In this document: positions 56,654 to 64,000 of the stretch, in pieces | Position numbering within the stretch: the first letter of the stretch is position 1 | How the letters are laid out: every line of letters starts with the position of its first letter | NCBI GenBank assembly: GCA_028288625.1 | Contig: JAQBNI010000049.1 | Location: forward strand, 771-64,770 | Origin: Bacteroidota bacterium | Lineage (GTDB): Bacteria > Bacteroidota > Bacteroidia > Chitinophagales > JADIYW01 | Length of the DNA: 64,000 bases | Direction: 5' to 3' | Program-made: the position numbers and the translations under genes | The notes under the pieces: generated by a model | The model's input: only the letters and a program-made list of their open reading frames with translations | What the model was told of the DNA's origin: nothing | The model's database searches: none

Positions 56654-56689
56654 ACTGAACAACACAACGGTGTTGTTCAGTTTTTTTTC
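56654..56689 (+). terminator. intrinsic terminator
   Basis: CTGAACAACAC-AACG-GTGTTGTTCAG 11-bp stem followed by T8. Confidence 0.85.
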
Positions 56690-56727
56690 TTCATTAATGA
56701 CCGATGTAATATGCAAAAAATAATAAA

Positions 56728-56747
56728 TTGTAGTATAAACCACTACA
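56728..56747. promoter_or_regulatory. palindromic operator copy 3 (TTGTAGT-N7-ACTACA)
   Basis: 116 nt upstream of the receiver-only gene. Confidence 0.55.
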
Positions 56748-56863
56748 CCATTTTCACAGTATACCCTATTTTTTACCACGCAACGTTGCATTATATTGCA
56801 TAACCCCCACATGACTTAACTGCAGGCTTAACTGCAGGTTAAACCATCACCAAAAGTTGAATA

Positions 56864-57250
56864 ATGAAGATATTAATCGCAGACGACCATGACATCGTAA
56901 GGAAGGAACTAACAGGCTTGCTACAGGAAGAATTTTTTTCTGCGGAGATCCATGAAGTAACTAACGGTACAGATGCTATCGATATGGTGAGAAAAAATAC
57001 GTGGGATCTTATACTTTTGGATATCTCCATGCCATTTAAGAATGGAATTGATACGCTTAAACAAATCCGTGCGGAAGGAATAACTACCCCGGTATTGATT
57101 GTCAGCATGCAGCCATCAGAACAGTATGCGTTGCGGCTGTTAAATGCAGGCGCTTCCGGTTACCTGAATAAAGAGAGTATTACCGATGCATTGATTGCTG
57201 CCGTTCACCGCGTGCTATCCGGACGTAAATACATTTCACAGGCGCATTAG
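56864..57250 (+). CDS. receiver-only paralog of the NarL-type regulators (HTH domain missing)
   Basis: Collinear with 55225-55854 and 63111-63734 up to ...VLSGRKYIS, then stops (QAH*). No HTH remnant is visible downstream. Confidence 0.75.
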   Translation: MKILIADDHDIVRKELTGLLQEEFFSAEIHEVTNGTDAIDMVRKNTWDLILLDISMPFKNGIDTLKQIRAEGITTPVLIVSMQPSEQYALRLLNAGASGYLNKESITDALIAAVHRVLSGRKYISQAH

Positions 57251-57354
57251 GATTAATAAATTCTGTATCTTACATAGTTCGCTTTTTTACAAAGAGAAAT
57301 ACTTTGTCTGCAATTGGCGCGTTTATTGTATATAGTATCGTGAATGATATTTAA

Positions 57355-57738
57355 ATGAGCACAAAAAGAACATTTTTACTGGTAGATGACGATGCCGATG
57401 ACCGGGATCTGTTTTGCGATGCATTAGACGGAATATTAACGTGCGACTGTTACACCGCTATTAACGGTGAAGATGCACTTGATCTCATGCGCAACCAGCT
57501 CAGGGAATTACCGGAAATTATTTTTCTCGATCTTTCTTTACCGCGCATGAATGGCTGGGATTTTCTCCGTACCGTGAAAGAAGATGAAACGTTTAAACAT
57601 ATACCTGTTATTATATATTCGGGCTCTTCCAGTGATGACGACAGGGAATATAGTTTAAACCTCGGTGCCATTCATTATATAACAAAGCCCTCTGATTTTA
57701 ATGAGCTTCGGAACAGGCTGGCAGCCGTACTTGCCTGA
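57355..57738 (+). CDS. CheY-like single-domain response regulator
   Basis: LLVDDDADDRDL, LDLSLPRMNG, ITKP receiver residues. 127 aa. Confidence 0.85.
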   Translation: MSTKRTFLLVDDDADDRDLFCDALDGILTCDCYTAINGEDALDLMRNQLRELPEIIFLDLSLPRMNGWDFLRTVKEDETFKHIPVIIYSGSSSDDDREYSLNLGAIHYITKPSDFNELRNRLAAVLA

Positions 57739-57739
57739 A

Positions 57740-57759
57740 TTGTAGTACTAACAACCACA
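57740..57759. promoter_or_regulatory. palindromic operator copy 4, degenerate (TTGTAGT-N7-ACCACA)
   Basis: One mismatch in the right arm. 108 nt upstream of the next start. Confidence 0.45.
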
Positions 57760-57867
57760 TCAATTTATTAAAATATACTTATTTTTAGCGAGGATATACG
57801 ATAAATAAAAGTCGTATATTAGTACTACTGACGCTACTTTTTATTTTAATTTATTTTTAATCGATCC

Positions 57868-58311
57868 ATGAAGAAAAAGGATATTTATTATATTGTCTTG
57901 GCTGATGATGATGCAGATGATCGTGAATTGTTTCGCGAAGCATTGAATGAAACCCATAAGACAAACTTTAAAACTGCAAAGGATGGTTTATCGTTGATGC
58001 AGTTACTCAAAGATAGTAAGGAATTGCCTGATGCGATTTTCCTGGATCTGAACATGCCGCGCATGGACGGACATGCATGTTTGAAAGAAATAAAAAAAGA
58101 TAAAAAACTTCACGATATACCTGTGGTAATTTATTCCACTTCAAAAAGCCCGCAATATATTGAAGAAACATATAAAGACGGAGCAAGCTTATATATTACC
58201 AAGCCGGATTCTTTTACAAAACTTAAGAAAGTAATGGAAAAGGTCTTTTCCCTCGATTGCGATCATTATGTTCCGCAGCCTCCGAAAAATGAATTTGTGC
58301 TGGCTGTGTAA
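57868..58311 (+). CDS. CheY-like single-domain response regulator
   Basis: VLADDDADDRELF, LDLNMPRMDG, ITKP. 147 aa. Confidence 0.85.
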   Translation: MKKKDIYYIVLADDDADDRELFREALNETHKTNFKTAKDGLSLMQLLKDSKELPDAIFLDLNMPRMDGHACLKEIKKDKKLHDIPVVIYSTSKSPQYIEETYKDGASLYITKPDSFTKLKKVMEKVFSLDCDHYVPQPPKNEFVLAV

Positions 58312-58353
58312 CATACTCCACTAATCCAAACATTCGTGATATTCTCCATTGAT

Positions 58354-58373
58354 GTGTAGTATAAATTACTACA
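58354..58373. promoter_or_regulatory. palindromic operator copy 5 (GTGTAGT-N7-ACTACA)
   Basis: 82 nt upstream of the Crp/Fnr-family gene. Confidence 0.55.
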
Positions 58374-58455
58374 TACCTTTCATAATTTACTCTATTCTTC
58401 TGTAGTTACGGTTAGTATACCTTTGATTAATAATTAACAGTATTAATTTCTAAAA

Positions 58456-59100
58456 ATGGATCATACACAAAAAAATGAAAAGGTCAGAACTTCGAAGTTA
58501 TCACGCAGTCCTAATATCATATTTTCTTATTTTAAAGAGTATTTAACCCGCTATGAAGATTTCAATACTGACGAAATGAATGGACTTGATAAATATTGGA
58601 GTGTAAAGGTCATAAACAAGAGCAATTATTTTTTTAAGGAAGGCGACAATATAGACACTTTTGGTTTCATCATCAGGGGAGCTATGAAATTGATCAGCAC
58701 TTACAAAGATAAAGATGTAGTAACTGCTTTATTAACGGAAGGAAGTTCCTGCAACATGAAAAAAGATTTTAATCCGGGATTTGTATCTGCTGAAAATGCT
58801 TTCTGTATAGAACACACCATTCTCGTAACAATTAAGCATCAGAACATATCAAAACTGATAACTCAATATCCGGTGTTTTCACATTTCTTTTCAGAACAAA
58901 ATGAAAAGACCGGAATATTTTTACAGGAACGCTTGCGCGCTTTCCAGGTAATGTCAGCAAAAGAACGATATGATGAATTCTTTATTCATCATCATGAATT
59001 ATTAAACCGTTTCAATTTGCAGAATATTGCCAGTTACTTAGGCATGAAAGGCGAAACACTGAGCCGGATTAGGAGCGCATCATTTAAAAAAGCCAGTTAG
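58456..59100 (+). CDS. Crp/Fnr family transcriptional regulator
   Basis: cNMP-binding beta-roll (FFKEGDNIDTFGFIIRGAMKL) and C-terminal HTH (LQNIASYLGMKGETLSRIR). Confidence 0.75.
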   Translation: MDHTQKNEKVRTSKLSRSPNIIFSYFKEYLTRYEDFNTDEMNGLDKYWSVKVINKSNYFFKEGDNIDTFGFIIRGAMKLISTYKDKDVVTALLTEGSSCNMKKDFNPGFVSAENAFCIEHTILVTIKHQNISKLITQYPVFSHFFSEQNEKTGIFLQERLRAFQVMSAKERYDEFFIHHHELLNRFNLQNIASYLGMKGETLSRIRSASFKKAS

Positions 59101-59134
59101 TAAAAATATTTTTTAAACGTATAAACCCACAGTC

Positions 59135-59527
59135 ATGAAAACGAAAATCCTCATCTTAAGCATGTTTTTTTTATTTTCCGGAAAAATGAAAGCCGAAAAT
59201 GATCTTCTTACACTAAATACAGAAGTTTTAAAAAGAAACATACCTGATATATCCAGATCAGCGGAAGACCAAAAATTTAGTATTGTTTCTTTTATAGAAC
59301 ATGGTACTAATAATACATCCCGAGTAAAAATCAATTGTGCAGATGATCAATTGTTGAAAATAAGAGTATTTAATATGAATGGAGAAATGGCACGCGAAGA
59401 ATCCTATTTATTGCATGGTGGAGAGTCAGATTTTCAATTTGATTTTAATAATCTTCCAAGTGGTCATTACATGGTCCAGTTTTATACAAAGGATGGCAGT
59501 GCTGTCCGTAGATTTATAAAAATGTAA
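59135..59527 (+). CDS. miniature T9SS-sorted protein (signal peptide + ~45-aa cargo + Por C-terminal domain)
   Basis: MKTKILILSMFFLFSGKMKA signal and CTD LKIRVFNMNGEM...LPSGHYMVQFYTKDG. Confidence 0.65.
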   Translation: MKTKILILSMFFLFSGKMKAENDLLTLNTEVLKRNIPDISRSAEDQKFSIVSFIEHGTNNTSRVKINCADDQLLKIRVFNMNGEMAREESYLLHGGESDFQFDFNNLPSGHYMVQFYTKDGSAVRRFIKM

Positions 59528-59557
59528 TTCAAATGTTTTAAAACCATAGAACTTCTG

Positions 59558-59583
59558 AGCTGACCATATTGGTCAGCTTTTTA
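59558..59583 (+). terminator. intrinsic terminator
   Basis: AGCTGACCA-TAT-TGGTCAGCT followed by TTTTT. Confidence 0.8.
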
Positions 59584-59772
59584 TATATTATTTCTATTTA
59601 TTAAGGTTCTTTATGATATTATATGACTATTGTCACACTCTGCCCATTTAATAAGGCTTACCTTGGTGTTGAAGCATTTTCAAAAATCATTTGGTTTCAG
59701 GTGCAATAGAAATTTCCGGTATGAATACCGGCAAGTAATATTTAAACCGATACAAAAACTAAAACCCCAATC

Positions 59773-62700
59773 ATGAACGAAAAATTGCGAATACTTATCC
59801 TTGAAGATGAAGCATCTGATGCGGACATTATAAAGTGGGAATTGGAAAAAGGCAAAATTCAATTTGAATCTTTAGTTGTTGAAACCAGGACTGAATTTGA
59901 GATAGCGTTAGGCGAATTTCAACCGAATATTATTCTTTCAGACCATTCTCTTCCGGCTTTTAACTCTCTCGAAGCATTGAAACTGGTGAGAAAGATGGAA
60001 GTTAAAATTCCCTTTATACTCACTACAGGAAATGTTTCAGAAGAATATGCAGTAGAAGTTATGCGTTCAGGTGCGGATGATTATATTCTGAAAGACAGGC
60101 TGCAGCGTTTGCCATCTGCCATAAAAAATGTTTTGGAAAAATACCGCTTGGCACATGAGAAAAGCATAGCGGAACAAAGAACGAGGGAAAGAGATGCGAA
60201 TCTTCATGCTATCATTAATAATACAAACGATGTTCTCTTTTCTGTGGATCGAAGTCATCACCTGCTTTGCTTTAATAAAGTATATTCAGATACTGTCTTT
60301 GCAATTACCGGGGTAAGAATAAATGAAGGAGATACCTTTTTTATCTGGGAATCCAATGATACAATTTTAAAAGAATGGGGGCAGTATATTAAAAGAGGAT
60401 TGGATGGAGAGCAATTTGTAACAGAAACCTCCTACGTGTTCAAAGATAAGGTCTTCTTTTATGAAATAGCTATAAACCCTATCCGCAAAGAAAATGAAGT
60501 AATTGGGGTCGGCTGTTTTTCAAGAGATATTACCGAAAGAAAAAATGCGCAACAACAGCAAGCCTTATTATCATCCATTATTAATTCATCAGATGATGCA
60601 ATTATAAGCAAAACCTTAGATGGTATCATCACATCCTGGAACAAAGGCGCACAAATACTTTTTGGCTATACGGAAAAAGAAACAATGGGTCAACATATTT
60701 CTCTGATCATTCCGGCTGACCGGGTAAATGAAGAGGGGGAGATCATTCAAAAAATTAAAAACGGGGGACATGTAAGCCATTATGAAACGGTAAGAAAAAG
60801 AAAAGACAATAGTTTGATCCAGGTATCGCTGACAGTTTCCCCTATTATAGGAAAGACAGGAATTATTACCGGCGCATCAAAGATCACCAGGGATATTACC
60901 AATCAAAAGGAAGCTGAAGAAAAGCTGAAAAACAGTGAAGAAAGATTTCGTGCACTTATGGAGAATAATTACGACGGGATAACATTAAGAGATGAAAATT
61001 TTTCCATCGTATACAGGAACCCTGCTGCCATTACTATGCTGGGATATACAGAAAAAGAAAGTATAAGCAGATCCTTACTGGCTACTGCACATCCCGATGA
61101 TATGATAAGCATTAACACTGCCTTGCAGGCAGTGATGCATAACATAGGAAAGCCTGTTCCGATCACTTTCCGAACGAGGCACAAAGACGGACATTATATC
61201 TGGATGGAAGGAGTAATGACAAACATGCTTCATGATAAAAGCGTAAAAGCGATTGTTTCTAATTTCAGGGATATTACCGAGGCAAGGATGTCTGACCGGG
61301 CATTGCAAAAAAGTGAAGAACGTTACAGGCAAATTGTAGAAACCGCTCAGGAGGGTATCTGGACGGTGGATGAACAGAACATCACTACATTCGTAAACAA
61401 GAAATTATTCGAAATACTCGGATACACACCGGAAGAAATGCTCGGTAAGCCGGCTTTTGATTTCATGGGTGATGAAGCGAATAAACTCGTAACCTCTTAC
61501 ATTGAAAGATGGATACAAGGGATAAGAGAGAATTATGAATTCAGCTATATCACTAAAAACGGGAAAAAAATATGGATCAATGTATCAGCCAATCCGATAT
61601 TAAATTATGAAGGTAAATACAAAGGAGCGCTGGCAATGGTGACCGACATCACACACAGGAAAGAGATGGAAAAGGAACTGGAAAAGACCCTGTATAATTT
61701 CAACATGCTTATTTCCAATATCAATGAAGGATTTTTCTCCATTGATGTAGCTGATAATTTCAAGCCCCTTATCATTTCAAATACATTTGCTGAAATGTAT
61801 GGATATCCTGCCGCTGATTTTTATAATAATTCTAACCTTTGGTTTGAACACATCCATGAGGACGACAAGAAGAAAACACAGGAAAATCTCCGGCTTCTTC
61901 ACAATGGACAAAGTAACTACCATGAACACCGCATTATAAGAAAGGATAAAAGTATTATGTGGGTATCAGGAAATGTAACGCCTACATTAAATGCAGATGG
62001 AATTCTTATCCGCCTTGATGGCGTTATTTCTGATATTACAGAGCGCAAAACAGCAGAAGATAAATTAAAAAAGAGTGAAGCAGCATTGTCGGAAGCGCAG
62101 CGTGTAGCAAAATATGGCAACTGGAATTTTGATGTTATTTCAGATGATCTTACCTGGTCAGAGGAACTTTACAATGTATTCGGTACCGATAAGGATGTAT
62201 TCATTGAAACCCATAAATCTTTTCTTCATTTAGTGGACGAGGAAGACCGTGATTTTGCGCGTCAAACCAGCCTTCATACGCAAAAGACCGGACAGCCATT
62301 CGATATCAATTATCATATTACGACGCCGCAGGGAGAAAAGCGCATCATCCATGAACTCGGGTATGCTGAATGCGATAAGGAAGGCAAGGTTATTCGTTTA
62401 TACGGCACGGCACAGGATATTACGGATCGTAAAAAAGCGGAAACCGAACTACTTGCACTCAACGAACAATTCCGGAATCTTTCCGCGCATTTGCAAACCG
62501 TACGCGAAGAAGAACGCACCAATATCGCACGTGAAGTTCATGATGAATTAGGACAACAATTGACCAGCCTGAAAATGGATATCGCCTCATTGAAAATTAA
62601 GTATGAAAAAGAATTACCGGATATTGGAAGCAAGACAGGATCTATGATAGAGATGGTGAATGAAGCCATCAGTACTGTCAGAAAAATAGTGATCGCCTTA

Positions 62701-63114
62701 CGTCCCGGAATCCTTGATGATCTCGGACTGGAAGCTGCGATAGAATGGCAGGCGAAAGATTTTGAACAGCGCACAGGAATACCATGTGTTTTTACAACAT
62801 CTATTGACAGTGACCGAAAAGATTTTTCACCCCAGGTTAATATCACAGTATTCAGAATTTTCCAGGAGTCACTGACCAACGTGATGCGTCATGCAAATGC
62901 TACTCAGGTTATTGCAACCCTTGAAGAAAATAATAGTACGCTCATGATGGAAATTACGGACAATGGAGTTGGCATTAGTGATGAAAGAAAAAATAACAAA
63001 ACATCGTTCGGATTGCTGGGTATGAAGGAGAGGGCAGCCATGTTACATGGTGAGCTCAAAGTATTTAAAATGCCCGTGCAGGGGACTAAGGTAAATTTAA
63101 AAATTCCACTATGA
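59773..63114 (+). CDS. REC-multi-PAS sensor histidine kinase (N-terminal receiver, HisKA_3 / HATPase_c)
   Basis: N-terminal receiver (ILILEDEASDADI..LSDHSLP), at least five PAS-like blocks, H-box EEERTNIAREVHDELGQQLTS. One PAS block and the kinase core are close paralogs of 53429-55228. Confidence 0.9.
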   Translation: MNEKLRILILEDEASDADIIKWELEKGKIQFESLVVETRTEFEIALGEFQPNIILSDHSLPAFNSLEALKLVRKMEVKIPFILTTGNVSEEYAVEVMRSGADDYILKDRLQRLPSAIKNVLEKYRLAHEKSIAEQRTRERDANLHAIINNTNDVLFSVDRSHHLLCFNKVYSDTVFAITGVRINEGDTFFIWESNDTILKEWGQYIKRGLDGEQFVTETSYVFKDKVFFYEIAINPIRKENEVIGVGCFSRDITERKNAQQQQALLSSIINSSDDAIISKTLDGIITSWNKGAQILFGYTEKETMGQHISLIIPADRVNEEGEIIQKIKNGGHVSHYETVRKRKDNSLIQVSLTVSPIIGKTGIITGASKITRDITNQKEAEEKLKNSEERFRALMENNYDGITLRDENFSIVYRNPAAITMLGYTEKESISRSLLATAHPDDMISINTALQAVMHNIGKPVPITFRTRHKDGHYIWMEGVMTNMLHDKSVKAIVSNFRDITEARMSDRALQKSEERYRQIVETAQEGIWTVDEQNITTFVNKKLFEILGYTPEEMLGKPAFDFMGDEANKLVTSYIERWIQGIRENYEFSYITKNGKKIWINVSANPILNYEGKYKGALAMVTDITHRKEMEKELEKTLYNFNMLISNINEGFFSIDVADNFKPLIISNTFAEMYGYPAADFYNNSNLWFEHIHEDDKKKTQENLRLLHNGQSNYHEHRIIRKDKSIMWVSGNVTPTLNADGILIRLDGVISDITERKTAEDKLKKSEAALSEAQRVAKYGNWNFDVISDDLTWSEELYNVFGTDKDVFIETHKSFLHLVDEEDRDFARQTSLHTQKTGQPFDINYHITTPQGEKRIIHELGYAECDKEGKVIRLYGTAQDITDRKKAETELLALNEQFRNLSAHLQTVREEERTNIAREVHDELGQQLTSLKMDIASLKIKYEKELPDIGSKTGSMIEMVNEAISTVRKIVIALRPGILDDLGLEAAIEWQAKDFEQRTGIPCVFTTSIDSDRKDFSPQVNITVFRIFQESLTNVMRHANATQVIATLEENNSTLMMEITDNGVGISDERKNNKTSFGLLGMKERAAMLHGELKVFKMPVQGTKVNLKIPL

Positions 63115-63734
63115 AAATATTAATAGCAGATGATCACGCGATCGTAAGGAAAGGTGTTATAGAATTATTGCGGAAAGAATTTCCAGGCGCGGAGATATGT
63201 GAAATTTCCGATGGCGCTGAAGCTATAAATAAAGCCAGGGACAACACGTGGGATATTATATTGATGGATATTTCCATGCCGGGAAGAAGCGGAATAGAAG
63301 CGCTTAAACAGATACGGGCGGACGGTGTAAAAACGCCTGTCCTGATGTTGAGCATGCAGCCCGAAGACCAGTATGCCATCCGTGTATTAAAAGCAGGAGC
63401 TTCCGGCTATGTGAATAAGGATTGTGCCACGGCGGAATTGATCGCAGCTGTACATAAAGTATTAGCAGGTCGCAAATATATTTCCCCTGCAGTGAGTGAA
63501 AAATTAGCTGTATCCATAAATGATACCGGAAAGACAGGACATGAATTACTTTCAGACAGGGAAATGCAGGTACTTGAACTAATCGCTAACGGAAAAACTC
63601 TTTCGGAAATCGGTAACGAGATCTCTCTAAGCGTAAATACGATCAGTACTTACCGAGCCCGTATCCTTGTAAAACTGGAACTTCATAACAACGGAGAACT
63701 TACCCGTTATGCGCTGGATAACAATTTGGTCTGA
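63111..63734 (+). CDS. NarL/LuxR-family response regulator, paralog
   Basis: MKILIADDHAIVRKG..MDISMPGRSG plus LSDREMQVLELIANGKTLSEIGNEISLSVNTISTYRARI. ATGA overlap with the kinase stop. Confidence 0.9.
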   Translation: MKILIADDHAIVRKGVIELLRKEFPGAEICEISDGAEAINKARDNTWDIILMDISMPGRSGIEALKQIRADGVKTPVLMLSMQPEDQYAIRVLKAGASGYVNKDCATAELIAAVHKVLAGRKYISPAVSEKLAVSINDTGKTGHELLSDREMQVLELIANGKTLSEIGNEISLSVNTISTYRARILVKLELHNNGELTRYALDNNLV

Positions 63735-63736
63735 TT

Positions 63737-63756
63737 TTGTAGTTAGAATGACTACA
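63737..63756. promoter_or_regulatory. palindromic operator copy 6 (TTGTAGT-N7-ACTACA)
   Basis: 3 nt after the regulator stop and 109 nt upstream of the next regulator start. Confidence 0.55.
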
Positions 63757-63865
63757 CGATTTTGATCATTTGCTCTATTTACATTATTCCGGTAAATATG
63801 TTTCTTTACCTGCAGAACATTCCCCTTGATTTTATTATAGAACTATCTTAAACTTACTTCTAATT

Positions 63866-64000
63866 ATGAAGATTTTAATTGCGGATGATCATGCTATCGT
63901 AAGACAGGGAGTAATGGAATTGCTGCGAACTGAATTTGTTTCTACGGAAATACATGAGGCATCACACGGGGGAGAAGCGCTGGATAAGATAAAGGATGGA
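63866..64000 (+). CDS. NarL-type response regulator paralog, N-terminal 45 codons (3' end outside the window)
   Basis: Manual translation MKILIADDHAIVRQGVMELLRTEFVSTEIHEASHGGEALDKIKDG. Open to the window edge. Confidence 0.8.
   Translation, partial: MKILIADDHAIVRQGVMELLRTEFVSTEIHEASHGGEALDKIKDG

Noticed and set aside
1-64000. Mobile elements, prophage or defence systems (transposase, integrase, reverse transcriptase, restriction/TA modules)
   Set aside because: No ORF translation shows DDE, tyrosine/serine recombinase, RT, nuclease-ATPase or toxin-antitoxin signatures. The only mobility hint is the E1/E2 repeat pair reported above.

Overview
AT-rich Bacteroidota chromosome segment, Chitinophagaceae/Sphingobacteriia-like. 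Supporting signs are T9SS C-terminal sorting domains, a TamB homologue, TAnnTTTG-type promoter boxes and starts without Shine-Dalgarno sequences. From 1 to 34.6 kb the genes are core metabolism: an lptF/G fragment, a GT2 glycosyltransferase, ribBA, tamB, tsaD, glpD, mdaB, pruA, an M1 aminopeptidase and ndh. This part also holds a translationally coupled trpFBA-hisHAFIE gene string and a pheA-aminotransferase-tyrA-DAHP synthase/chorismate mutase operon. The pheA operon is preceded by a 14-codon Phe/Tyr-rich leader ORF and an intrinsic terminator, which I read as a candidate ribosome-mediated attenuator. From 35 to 40.8 kb there is a patch of small accessory genes (ester cyclase, DHFR-family, VOC, LMW-PTP-like, ADH, cupin, UV glycosylase). 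One visibly more G+C-rich gene pair in it is bracketed by two copies of a ~60-nt element. From 40.8 to 53.1 kb lies an all-minus-strand stress/dormancy-type island. It carries PPK2, a Tat-signal SDR, a Cys-rich four-helix-bundle protein, PepSY-like x2, YihY/BrkB x2, a universal stress protein, topoisomerase IB and two NPANYGG-repeat proteins. At least six of its transcription units carry the same rigidly spaced tripartite upstream motif. From 53.4 to 64 kb is a paralog-rich two-component cluster: two PAS/HisKA_3 kinases, three NarL-type regulators plus one receiver-only truncation, two CheY-like proteins, a Crp/Fnr regulator and a miniature T9SS cargo protein. Six copies of a TTGTAGT-N7-ACTACA palindrome link this cluster, and two of them drive units with no annotated gene (a terminator-bounded non-coding unit and a 49-codon ORF). 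I saw no rRNA, tRNA, CRISPR array, transposase or integrase. All calls come from reading the sequence and ORF translations; no searches or folding programs were run.
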